DNA of 64,000 nt, from contig NW_027191411.1 in assembly GCF_041146345.1 (NCBI RefSeq), positions 310,001-374,000 of the forward strand. The letters run 5' to 3'. The first letter of the stretch is position 1, and each line of letters begins with the position of its first letter. The translations under genes were made by a program, and so were the position numbers. This DNA is from Neodothiora populina. Lineage: Eukaryota. Of this stretch, positions 36,078-48,152 are shown piece after piece. The notes beneath the pieces are model-generated. The model did no database searches. It was not told the DNA's origin and saw only the letters and a list, made by a program, of their open reading frames with translations.

Positions 36078-39000
36078 TTTGATAAGATGTCTTGGAGAAA
36101 TCAGCTTTGTTCAGAAGCTGTTGACAGCAGCGACAATTGCGAAAGAAAAGTGGCTATTCTCGTCTAAGCTACAGTCCAACTGTACTGAAGCGATATCAAG
36201 AAATCTACCACCGGATCGAGGACGAGGAAATCCAATGTTTCTTTGCGACTGAGAGAAATGGATCACGGAAAGAGACTTACTGAGGACTGGGAAGGATTCG
36301 AATGGGTCCGATCGAGGCAAGGAATGTCAGTTCGTTGTCGGGGTGCTTTAAAGAATGTGGGCAGCTGTCGAAGCGCGTGGATGTGCTGTTTCAAACAGGT
36401 TACACGACGTGAACGAGAGCGTGGAGCTGTGGTGAGCCTAAAGAATGTGTATACACCGACTGGGAGACTGGGGTTGCTTCTCGAAAGAATGGAGAGCGAC
36501 GAGGACGCGTATAATAAGAGAATGCCGTGGGTAAAGAGCCAAGTGGAGCGTGGGCAGGAACACATTCAATACGAAAACCGCTCAAACGCTCTAAGGCAGG
36601 TACGCACGAGCAATCAAAACAAGGTCTGCGTTTACAGCGACACCTTCCCATTTTGGGACGCGCCAGACCCGTTCCTGAAATTGCGCCAAGCTGGCTGGCG
36701 ACGGCTCGGTCGCTCGTCCAGGTACGGTGCACGCATGCTTTGGTGACATGCACGTCTGAAGCAGACGAAGCCGTGAGAACACCCCACCAGGCTCCCAATT
36801 TTTTCGCGATCTTCTCGAACGTCGGAGAGAGTGGAGACAATTGACACACTGCGAGCCATCAAGTGTCGTGCACAGGTTGCAGCCTTGCCACGGCAGAGGC
36901 TGCTCGTATTCTCTTGTCCCGCCCGCACCGTACGTAGACTAGGTACCTATGCACGTACTTGATATTTGTACTGTACAAGCACAGTCTGCCGACTTGCAGA
37001 TCCAACAAAGCATGAAGACAAGGCTCATCCCCAACTCACTTGGCAGCAAAATTGGGCTCGAGTGAACTGTCAACAAATGAGTTCCATCCGCACCAATGTA
37101 CTGCACAGTTGGCACGTTATCGTAACCGCCGTTAGCTTCGCGAGCCCGCAATGCGGAGCATATTAACCAACGAGAATCTATAGAGCTACGGTACAGCAGG
37201 CAAGGTACCAAGAGCCGGAAGCGCTTCGGATTACAATCCCAATCAATCACCTACCGTATGTCTTTCACTTCTACATACCTCAACGGAGTGTACATACTAT
37301 CTTCCCTGTAGCATGCCCAGAACATAGTGCATTCTCCGTGATGAGGTCTCTTCTTCATTTTCTTCTTCTACAAACGTTGTCTGGATCAGCCGACTCAGCC
37401 TGACCGTTCTGGGCGCTGCGGTGACGAGTCGTTGACTTCGTCATGGCAGCCAAGCCAGTACGTTATCAAGTCACCGTATCCAGACCGGTAGAGACCAGAA
37501 CTCAATGAATGTACAAGTACAGTATCTTACCGAACCTTTTCAGTTTACCATAAGGAGGAAAAGCAAAATAGCAGACTCCGAGACATAACACGCCCGGCGT
37601 AGTCTTAGCTTACTGCTGGTTTTCGCGTCAATTGAGCCCCGACTTGTCGATAAAGAGCGGAACGTTCATGGTGAACGTAGATTATACGAATTGAATCTAA
37701 GACGAAGAGCCTCGATCTCCATGTAGTCGAGGTTGATTTGCCTTTCGTTCTGTCAATCCTCAGCTATTGTCTTGCAGTACTACAATACATAAGGCTGTGT
37801 GCAGTGGTCTTTCTTCGAAGCAGAACCTGGACCTGAGTCCGAGACAATCATTTGTTTAAAGTCCGTGAAGCTCTGCTCGGAGACAGGACCTATTCGAGTT
37901 TCACAGATCGGTTCACCTGCACATCCTTCTGTTGAGGATTGAGACTTAACTCTTGTCTCAGTATCCTGCAACTCCGCAATAATCCTGCGTGAGAACACTG
38001 CCGTAGCTTTCCACCGTGATTGAAAATCCGGACCCATTTTGCATTGTGGGTTCATGGCTCCATAGCCGTTTCGATAGTCGACACTTAACACGAAGATGAA
38101 GAGAAGTGGGAGTGTTGCGCCACCTCGTCTGGCCTAGATCTATTGAACTTTGCATGAATCAGAATCTTATCAGGATCTATCGCGTCCGACTCTGGGCATT
38201 TCAGCCTAGTGGTCGATACTTGTAGATAGTCCAGAGTCAGACCAGACCATAAGGCTGAGTCGTGTGGGATGAGATTCTTTGTGGTGGTGTCATTTTACCG
38301 TGCATCATTTGTCGGTGCTCGCTCGAGTACCTTATCCCGCAAACCCACTCATCTCGAGAGCGGGTGGTCTGGCAGTGCCATATTCATCCAAGATATACAA
38401 ATACGCTTCACTAACATGAAATTATCTGAGCAATTATGATTGAAATCTTTCCATAGTCACCACTTGTTGAAATTGATATGCACATCACAGTCAAGTTCGA
38501 CTTGAAAGACAATATCGTATACGATAGTTGGTGCTTGCTTCCTGTGCTTTGGTGCTGTCCGTCCGCACGGAACGCCGCGGTCCGCTGCTGTTGGAAACAA
38601 CGATCTCGTCGATCCCACTCAGGTCCCAAGGTTCATCACGGACTCGCAAACCCACAAAAAATCGTGATCGACTTGTTTCGCTTCTCCGCCTTTCCATGCT
38701 CCACTTACATCGCAGTGCAGAATCATGATATCAGAAGAAGGAAAGTTGACTTTCGCTCTAGCGATGGACTCGGGAAATATGAAAGTCATTCACAATAAGG
38801 TATTTATTCTGTTGTCTTGATTGTTTTTATGTGCAGCACACAGATGTGTCCGACACACCTAAGGACTACGAAGAATCATTAACGTTGTCTATCATGTCTC
38901 CGTGATCTCCATATCCATGCGTTGGGTATGACTAACGCAAGCTAGAAGAGCTTCGTCTACTGTAGTACCGCAGAGAGGGTATCCTCTGTGTAAATTAACC

Positions 39001-39169
39001 AAATGCCCCCATCAAAAATGCTCTAATATGATCAATATGACCAATATCATTCACCAACGCCAAATGCACCCGCGCCTCGCTTGCAAGAGAAACATGACCA
39101 CATGACAGCGTAGCAAGACTCCAGGCCTCGCAGCAAAAACTCTCTCCGTCAGAAACACAAGGTAGAGGT

Positions 39170-40516
39170 TCAACCGAGCAATACTTCGTGCTCTGCCGCA
39201 GTCCAGTCCTGGCCGGATTCCCATATATGATGCAGAAGATTCCGAACTCTAGCAACCTGGGACATTCCTGCGTCTCCGATGCGCTGCAATCGTCTCGAGG
39301 TCTCGTTACGGAGACCAGGATTCTGAGATTCAGAACCTGCTAGATACAAGGGCAAGATGACGTCGGGAATGTCCAGATACTGACATATATCAGGCTGGCT
39401 TAAGGAGGCCATGATACCATGGACCGAAGATTGTACGAGTGGTGACTCTGAAGGCAGAGCATACACTCGTCGATGTAGCATGATCAATGCTGCATGACAG
39501 AGAGATGTATTGACGGCCCGGAAAATCTCCGAGGATGCATTGACGCTCACAGAGGTGCACTCGTACCGTTGATGAGGTATCTCCAGCGTCGTCAACTCCA
39601 AAGTACATCTCAGAAGTTGCGATTCCATTACTGTCTTGGGTGAGAGATTTCCTGTTGTCTTTCGCTCTTGATCACATGCCTTTGCCAAATCAGCAGTACG
39701 AGCGAGTAAGACAAGAGAGCGATTTGTGTATCCGACCAGGCAGCCCATGGATGCATTGTTCTCGACTTCTAGTAGATCTGGAGACCATACCTCGAAGCTG
39801 CCGCGATAATGGTTCGCACTACAGCTAGCAAAGGTGTCCAGGTAGCCGAACCAACGTAAGAAGAAGTACATTGCTTTTGATCGTGGCCGGTTCTTACGGC
39901 TGACGACTGATTGACACATCTGGCGCGCCATACCAAGATGCTGCGGCCATGAGATTGGGGCGTCGAATGCCCAAGGATAGGATTGTGTTAATGAAGCCAG
40001 CATCACGCATGTCCCAAACAGAGTCTCCGAGACGGGCTGGCCGCTGGCCAATGCCTCCCTGAACCGTGGGAATAAGTGGGTGACATACGATGCAATGCGA
40101 TTTATGGGTTCCGCATGATGGAGTAATCGTGCTCGGTGGCAAGAGGCGTACGCGAGGACCAGACTGAGCAAGTTTTCATCTTTCATGGCTAGCTTTGGGA
40201 GGACTGTTCTAAACGGATTCGAAGCGCAGTCGTGCGTCACCAAGATCTTGGAGGTATAGTTGATGAAATAATGGAAATATACCATGTTCATCTTGTTTTC
40301 CAAGACCAATGCCGGCAGCGGCGTGAGATCGCTCGGAAAGCACACAGGTACAGGGCGTGCATAGTACCATGAATCGCTGATGGGAGGCGTCAAGAGGGCT
40401 GGCGAGTCCACGCGCTGCTCGATTCGTTTGGGATCTGTAGAGCTGAGAGCCTCATAGTCATTATTGCGGGGCAAGTCGCTATCTGGCGTTCCACGATCAT
40501 AGCCATATATCTCCAT
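39170..40516 (-). CDS. Fungal-specific transcription-factor domain protein (Fungal_trans_2-like); no Zn2Cys6 seen
   Basis: ORF of ~448 aa from ATG 40516. YFHYFINYTSKILVTHDC..NPFR.VLP.LA, LLSLVLAYASCHRA, FFLRWFGYLD and PLYLAGSE. An in-frame stop lies at ~40553 upstream. Confidence 0.75.
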   Translation of the reverse strand: MEIYGYDRGTPDSDLPRNNDYEALSSTDPKRIEQRVDSPALLTPPISDSWYYARPVPVCFPSDLTPLPALVLENKMNMVYFHYFINYTSKILVTHDCASNPFRTVLPKLAMKDENLLSLVLAYASCHRARLLHHAEPINRIASYVTHLFPRFREALASGQPVSETLFGTCVMLASLTQSYPWAFDAPISWPQHLGMARQMCQSVVSRKNRPRSKAMYFFLRWFGYLDTFASCSANHYRGSFEVWSPDLLEVENNASMGCLVGYTNRSLVLLARTADLAKACDQERKTTGNLSPKTVMESQLLRCTLELTTLEIPHQRYECTSVSVNASSEIFRAVNTSLCHAALIMLHRRVYALPSESPLVQSSVHGIMASLSQPDICQYLDIPDVILPLYLAGSESQNPGLRNETSRRLQRIGDAGMSQVARVRNLLHHIWESGQDWTAAEHEVLLG

Positions 40517-42448
40517 TGCAGGCGCCACAAAAGGTGTGTTTAGTGAAGCGCGTCAAAAAGAGAGCAAAGGTTCGGTCTCTCCGAGAAGCCTGGTTATGAG
40601 AAGATCGACTGCTCCTCTTGTTGGCCCCTCTACTCAAGTATTCGTGAACACTGAGGGCCTGTACCATGCCTAGACCCAGAAATGCGGAACATAGCTTGGC
40701 TAAGAACTCAGTTGACCCTCCACAAAGTCCAGCGACCGGTTGATGTGATTGGCGACAAAGACTTTACCGGCAGTTTGAGTTTGTACCTTCGGAGGCTTAG
40801 TAGTTGAACTTCTCCTCATTCGTATAAGCAGTAGAACATCCAGAAAGTAAATGCCCTTGCAGGCACAGAAGGATCGACATACAGTGCACTTGTGCAGACT
40901 CTTCGAAATCCCCTACCGAGGTTGACGACCATAGATGTGTTTTTCCGTTATCTTATCATGCAACGCTTCACAGGGTCGCACTTTGCCGAGGATATAGGCT
41001 CAACGAGATCATTGCCAGCCAGGGATCCGGAATGCAGAGCCCATTGAACACCCTTATCTGGATAGAGAGAATGATTTTTCTTGGAATTACCACGGCCGTA
41101 TCGCTTGGCCGACTCGGCGTAGCATTTACTTCTTGAGGATGCCTGATGGGGGGATGCACGTGCACAGGTTACAGGGGCAGGGCAAACCCGCTTTTCTGTT
41201 GACCGCAGCCGCGGGCAAGGTTGCGATTCTCTCAGAATGTACTTGTATCTGCTCTCTGACCCAAGTCTTGTTCAAGTACCGGAAGCGCTCATCGCTGTCC
41301 TGCTGTCGCCAAAGCAGCAGTGCAACTTGACCATTTCTAGGTATACCATTACAGCACTTTACCCGCTTTGAGTCTGCGAACCTGGCTCACATCACGCCAC
41401 GGTCGCGGGCGTGGCATGAGGCGTCGATCGTACTATGCCTCTTGGTCTACTTGTCCTAGGAAGGGACCATCAGAGGTGGAAGTCGTCAGAGAGCCAGGGC
41501 ATACTCCCGTCGATACTCGGAAGGTTACAACAAAGAAGTTCGTATTGAAGCCTTTCGGTTTTCAGTAGTGAAGTTGCTCGTAAGTGGTACTCGACTGTGA
41601 TAGATGTAATTCTATGCGTCGACATTGAAATACGAAGACGGCTCATCTGTAGTTCTGTAGTACTGAAATGCCTTCTCAGATGGGGAATGTCGTTCTTATC
41701 ATCTCGTCTTTCTCGCATTAGTAGAGCATTGATTGGCTACGGAAGGTAGATGAGTTGAAAATTATACCGATAGTAAGTGAACTCTATATACGGCAACGTC
41801 TCGCGGCTACACAGGTGTGTCCTCCATATTCACATAGTCAATCGTATAATGTTCACATACATATATATGAGCAAAAATGGTAAGTAGTAGATACTCGCCG
41901 CGGCAACATACCTCTAGGAAATGAAAGATCTTGAGACAATGGTTCTTCTATCGTCCCGCTCTTGCGTTGAAGTAACCGCAATGTATCCGCTATAGGCGAC
42001 GTAGGATTTTCGAACAGACAAAGGATCAAGTAGCCCACGCTATAATCGAGAAACACATGGTCAATCGAATGAAGGAATACAGATTACGCGGGTAATAAGT
42101 GGACAGTGAGATCCTGCCAGAACAAGTCTTCCCATCCGACTAGACATCAGGCAGTTGGTGAGCTCTGACGGCTGTGATAAAGCGGATAGCACAAGGTACT
42201 ATAACAAAGCATAGACCTGGAGGAACAGTCAAAATCCTCCCCCTGTGCTTCGGTTGCTGCCAGGATTGTTTTAGGTATGGGAGGTATCGAAGTTGTTATA
42301 CTGTTGAGCGGGTCGGTAGTTTCCGCATGCGACATGCGGGCATTTGAACCGTCAACTCCGGGGGAAAGGACGTCATCACCAGGGCAGTCGCATTAAGTCA
42401 AAGTTGCGCCTCTCGAGGTCTCATACCTTTGATCGCATCGCATAAGTA

Positions 42449-44398
42449 ATGGCGTGGCCGCCGGACCATTCACATGACAGAGATGAAAATGAGTTGAAAC
42501 TTCGACATCAACATCAGCATCCACAGAGTGCTGCCACGACAGATCCTAAAATGCCTTACGACTCGAAGGGATCTACAACTACCCTGACCATGGCTTCTTT
42601 TCTCCATCTCCCTGACGAACTTCTGCAAGAGATCTTCTCCTATCTGCCTGCTTCCTCGACGGCCTCACTAGGTCTCGTTACGAAAAGATTACAGAAAATC
42701 TCCAATGCGCCCTTCTTGTGGCGAAATCACGTGCTGGACACCTGGAAATATTGGGAAGGCGAAAAGGAGCATGTGAAAAGAGTGAATGGGAGTCCTGTGT
42801 CCCCTCAGTGGCGCACAGTATACGCCGAGCGATGCAAAAAAGACAAGAAGATTGCACAGATCTTCGATGAACTATTGTCAACACAACAATATCGCATCGA
42901 GCGAATGGAGAGGATCATCTCACAATTCGGTCATGACGCCAAAGACGCACTGCTGCGGCTGGTCGCCACTCCCGACCACGTCGAAGATGTTCTGGCAAGA
43001 CGATACTACAGCGAAGCATTGATCGGACTTCTCAACCGACAGGACGCACTACAGATATGGGCCGACATGGAGTTTCTCGACTTCCCCCGATTGGAAACTT
43101 CTCTAGGCGCATTCGACACATTTGTGCAGGGTCCACACGAATGTGACGTCCGCAGTCTCGATCAGGAGCTTGACAAGATCGCGCAGCAGATACGGAATCA
43201 GATACCCGGCATCGAAGAACTGGACTACACAACCAGGGCAAGCACTGTCTCTGCCGAGCTGCGCAGGATGGAATTACTAGGATCGTCAGAGCAAGAATAT
43301 CACCTGCTGCGGAACAATTTCATGTGCCACGTGCTGCAGAGCGAACATAGAGTCTCCCTGCCTCTGGTCTCAACTGCGATCTTCTGCTGTGTCGCTCAAC
43401 GGCTAGGCCTCCGCGTGTGGCTCTGCAACTTTCCCTTCCACGTCCACGCAGTTCTGGAATCGCCTGCAGATCCCCCGCTTTACGAGACCCGCTCGGCAGA
43501 GACCCTTAGTCCTGGCGTTGTATGGATGGATCCATGGCGACACGACAACATCATCGACCAGGACGCAATGCGCATCCAACTCCAACAACACGGCATGAGC
43601 ACCGACGCATTCTACTCTTATCTATCGCCTGCCTTTACGAGAGACATGGTCATCCGCACAGGCCGTAACATCATGCGATCCGTCAACGAAGCGCGAGACA
43701 ACCGAGACGAAGTAGCAGATCAAGAAATCGACGTCGACGCCGCCTTCTACAGTTTCCTCTGGAGCGTCTTCCTCGTCGGCCTCAACGACACGAGAGAAAG
43801 CACGCTGCAGCGCCGGAACTACATCCCTTACCTCCTGGACCAGTTTAAGCAACACTACCCCGAGGACGTCGGTCTCGTCGAGCGATTCGTGCTGCCGATA
43901 TATGCTGGCCACCCTGCGCAATCGCAACTGATCGATATGATCAACGCGCACAGAGCCAGTGATCACACCGCCAAGCCTGTGAACCGACGGTACGACGTGG
44001 CGGGCGGCGTCAAGTTCAAGGTCGGGCAGCCCTTCAGACACGCGCGCTTCCACTATATCGGCATCGTGATAGGCTGGGACTCGAGCTGTCAGGCGGGTGA
44101 ACCCTGGATCATGCAGATGAGGGTCGACGCCTTGCCGAGAGGCAGGAGACAAAGCTTCTATCATATCCTGTAAGAACACAACATCCCATGAGGCTACCTT
44201 TCGCTTACTGCTTGCTAATCATTCACATGCAGAGGCGCAGACAAGTCTTCGAGATACGTAGCAGAAGAGAACATAGAGCCCTTGACAGAGCCCCCACCAC
44301 CCAGTCTCATGAGATTGGCGGGGAGACACTTCAAGCGATATGACAGCGAGACCAATATGTTCATAAGCAACATCAAAGACGAATATCCCGATGACTGA
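42449..44398 (+). CDS. F-box + transglutaminase-like + YccV/HspQ-like domain protein (FBXO21-like), ~628 aa
   Basis: Exons 42449-44169 and 44233-44398. F-box LPDELLQEIFSYL; SLPLVSTAIFCCVAQRLGL...NFPFHV; YccV FKVGQPFRHARFHYIGIVIGWD...RYVAEENI. The true start could be a later ATG. Confidence 0.88.
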
Positions 44399-45094
44399 GT
44401 GAAGCCGAGCCTGATCGTGGACTGGATTGGCTAGACTGACTGATTGATTGACGACAGAATTATAGGAAAAAGGTGTATATAGGAATAACACTTGTGAAAG
44501 GGGACTGGGCTGGCTGATTAACCGTACTTTTTGGGTCTGGGAAATTGGCGTCTAGGAGTGTATACCCGACGTCTGAATTGCTACTGGCTTTAATGCGAGA
44601 TTCCTATACTTTGGGAAATCCGTTCACTTTAGGATGTCCAGGAGGCTTAGCCTGACGAAAACCATCGCACTTTCATTTGCTACTTCTCGTCTAAGTGAAG
44701 GGAACAATAAAGCTGCGTTGTTGGTGCCTATCAGCGTTGTATCTGCCTCGCTCCTTCAGCCTCATGAAGGTCATGGTCTTTTTTTTGGTTCCTGTCAATC
44801 GTGTCTCCGTTGATCATGAAGAATAAGCTACACGTAGCTTCGCGGATCGACAGGTGATGTATGTGCACCAAGCGTGGAAAGAACTCATATAGCACACATC
44901 GAAGCACGCATCGACTGCCACCTCCAAGTGAACGAACCTCTACCAAGGCATAAAGAGATAACTACAAAGAAAAGGAACATCAGTCTGAGCTAGCGTCCAC
45001 GAACCCACGGATCTTAGCATGTGCTCTCTAGCTGATCATCGTCGATTATCTCAAGAGTCTCGCGAGAGCTGATCTTCGAATCCTGATGCCGTTG

Positions 45095-46360
45095 TCAGTG
45101 CCGCTGACCAAGGTCTCTTTGCTCCTGAAAGTGCTGGATGATCAGCCTGTTATTTTCAGTCATCTTCTCTACCGCTTCTTCCAATCTCGCCACGGAAGAG
45201 CTCAATGCTTCGACTTCTGTGCAGAAATGGTTAGGTAAGAGTGCCTACGTTGTGCCGTCAGATCATGCTGGTTACTCACTTAATTCAACAGTTTCTGGAG
45301 TTTGAGCAACTCTCTGCGGCGGTAGGCAGATAAGCAGCTGCTTTGAGTATGCCGCGGCGGTCAATGCCGCGTATTGTTGCCAGCTTCTATTCTTGTGCGT
45401 CCCGCTGTAGCCGCCGATACCTCTTATGGCTAAACACGGGAAGTAGTCCATCAAGCCGGCAGCTTCTGTGTCGACACACTTCGCGCCCAACCATTCCTTC
45501 AGAACGAGTCTCAAGCGCTTATCGATCCGGCACGTGTTACCAGAGGCAATAATGCCGTAGTGTATCGTGGGATCCGTGCTAAGTCGAGGTTTCCGACCAA
45601 AAGGCAGGTCTGCGATCTCACTACACACACTGCAAGCTGCATCAAGTTTTTCGTGACTTGCGCATTTCGCAGAGTCTAGCGTATCTCCTTTGGGGTCTTG
45701 TTGGCAGAAAGTGTTTCTGCGTAAGTGTTGCTTCTTTTCTAGAATTCTATTGATAGTGCTGGAGATTTCAATACTGTCAAGCAGGCGATATGCTCTGACA
45801 GCTCGCAGAGCTGTGAGCAATATAGGTGGTGGCTTGTTGAGCGACCTATTGAGCTTGGGTTTCTTTCCTTCCAGTATCTTGGTACTGTCCCAAGGCACTA
45901 CACCACTGAAAGATGAATCAGGGTGACTGACTACTACGTCCCCAACTCGGATATCGTCGTCTTTGCTGGGTATGCCGTCAGCAATGCCCACTGAAACGCC
46001 GATTTTGAGTGATCCGAATGTGCGAAGCATATCCTTAGCAACTGCGGTAGCGGGAACTGCACCGCGCTCCGGAAGACACGCAATAACGATGTTGTGTTCC
46101 TTCATACGACCCAAACGGTATGTATTCTTGTCAGTTGACGGCTGCCCCTGGAAGAACCCGAAGTTTTCGTCTAGCATCAATATCGCTGCAGTAAAGTCTT
46201 CCGGAACAGTGCAGATCCAGCCGATGGTGTAGTCATTTGACCCTGGAGGAGATTTTGACACAGTGCCATTCCTGTGGTTTGCGTCGGACTTGAGTCGCTT
46301 CACAGGAACATCATCAGCGAGGTCAGGGCTGTGCCCTCGCTTGGAGGGTCTCTGGGCCAT
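45095..46360 (-). CDS. Stand-alone PNP_UDP_1 (nucleoside phosphorylase-like) domain of the fungal NLR effector type, catalytically degenerate, ~400 aa
   Basis: Exons 46360-45280 and 45216-45095 (GTGAGT...CTAAC...CAG). Family motifs DYTIGWIC, DKNTYRLGRM..HNIVIACLP, DIRVGDVVVS, IHYGIIASGN, EAAGLMDYFPCLAIRG and HKN..WQQYAA. Confidence 0.82.
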
Positions 46361-47423
46361 ATCCTGATGGCTTGAGATAGCTGAACACGACGCTCTGCTT
46401 TCTGCAGAGATACACACGCGGTGGTAGTGTAATTGGTGAGGTCACAGCCGATACAGATTATGGATGGTTATCCACATATGGGCCTGTACGAGATCTTTTA
46501 AGGGCTAGAAGAGGAAGTAGACGTCCTGCCGGTAGACGACAGAGAAGAGAGCAATCGTGTCGATGACCCGGCGCCAATGCAGCATATCCCATTGGACGGT
46601 TGTGAAGTAGCCGCCGCACAGCGTAACACACTGTAGAGCTCTCGAGTCCAGTGGACATGGTTGTTGTCCAAGGATGGTGCTATTTCCAGGTGTTGTATGT
46701 TGATAGGAAGTGATGTTATGTTGCTCCCTGTTTAGTGCTGCGAGGCATCTTCTGACATGAAGCAGTTTTGGAAGAATTGAAAGTCAACAAAACATCAGTG
46801 CCATCAAGCTATGTTAGGCAGTATGTTGAGCAAGTATCAGCCAAGCATCAATCACCTCTCCTAGTAGCAATTGCATATTTGTTCAATGTATCAGCAGTGA
46901 AGAAGCTACATAGCCTGATCCAAGTCAAGCTTCAGCGCAATAAGCTATTTATCTGAACTCAGTACATACGGTATGCAATTTGTACAATCCGATCGTACAT
47001 TACCTGCTGTAGCAAGTTCATCTTTTGCTCGGTACTCAGCATGTCTCGTCGATGCTTCGGTGTGTGTGTGTGTTTGAGATATACAACTGTTAGAACAATC
47101 AGCTTCTCGTTCAGGCGCTTAGGTTGGTGACTTGTCCTGCATTTGGTCGGCGGTTAAATTGAATACGAGCCTTAGGTAGGTAGGTCGCACTTCCCTGATC
47201 GAAAAGCGTTGGGTTTGAGATGTACAGACTACAACACTTTTCTCGCTCGATGAATGTCCACCATTCATCTGACTACCTGCAACTTGATGCCTATCGCGTT
47301 TAGTATACGAACATTTCTGATATATGTCCTACAATTTCTTGCGTAGCGCGTGCATGTCGTTATTGGAGCGATAGCTACGTGAGCTGCCTCCTTACAGCCT
47401 GTTGTCAGTCCCGATAATCCACT

Positions 47424-48152
47424 TCAAGCCTCCACTGAATCAGCAAAAAGTGCACCATCTCTATCCCCAGTAGCAGAGGGTCGATCTTCATCCCTATCAT
47501 CCCTATCATCCTCTTTCCAAAATGCAACTTTAACACCCGGCTCCTCCCCCTCCCTCGCAACATGACTCTTCCTACAAACCCACACGCCTGCTTTCCCCTT
47601 CTCCCCATCCATCTCCCCATCCCTCTCTCCAACACCCCACTCCACGCGATCATTAACAACATACTTTGCGCCGACCCTCCAAACCCCCCGATTACTTTTT
47701 TTCCTACCATCAGCATTCTTCGCATTTTTCCGTTTCGGCTTCTTGGCAGAAACGCCCGCGTGCTTGTTCTTCCACATGCCGCCGTATCTGTAGCCTGGGA
47801 AACGGGATTTGTCGCCGTCGATGACGCCGCCTGAGACTTGCGTCCAGCAGGGGGATGGGCAGATGAAGTGCCATTTCTTTTGCTGATGTTGGGGATTTGA
47901 TGGTTCTGCTTCTGGTTCTAGAGGTGAGGAGGGGGAAGGGGAGCGGGATTGAGATAAGGATGTAGATGAATTTGAAGAGTGAGGAGAGGGGGGTTTTCCG
48001 ATGTTTGAGGTAGGAGGAGATGTGCTTGCAGGTCTCGCCGGGGACGAGGGCGCGTCCGAGTCGATCTGGCAGCGCACTAGTACATCGCGCGGTTTACCGC
48101 ATATTGTGCATTGTTTCCTGTGGTCTTCTGGCTTGGAGGATGAGATAACCAT
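47424..48152 (-). CDS. Hypothetical 242-aa protein: Cys-motif N-terminal domain plus CBM5/12-like C-terminal module
   Basis: Single ORF. CTIC...VLVRCQID...WHFICPSPCW...YRYGGMWKN, then W....KY.VNDRVEW....WVCRKSH.....EPG....FW. Confidence 0.7.
   Translation of the reverse strand: MVISSSKPEDHRKQCTICGKPRDVLVRCQIDSDAPSSPARPASTSPPTSNIGKPPSPHSSNSSTSLSQSRSPSPSSPLEPEAEPSNPQHQQKKWHFICPSPCWTQVSGGVIDGDKSRFPGYRYGGMWKNKHAGVSAKKPKRKNAKNADGRKKSNRGVWRVGAKYVVNDRVEWGVGERDGEMDGEKGKAGVWVCRKSHVAREGEEPGVKVAFWKEDDRDDRDEDRPSATGDRDGALFADSVEA

Noticed and set aside
36100..39100. Telomerase RNA or other known ncRNA in the 3-kb gap
   Set aside because: No CCCTAA-type template, tRNA arms or other diagnostic motif seen on either strand.
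40800..40900. Cys-rich KCTVCRSFCACK as the missing Zn cluster of the TF
   Set aside because: The spacing does not fit Zn2Cys6 and I found no convincing splice path to the ORF.
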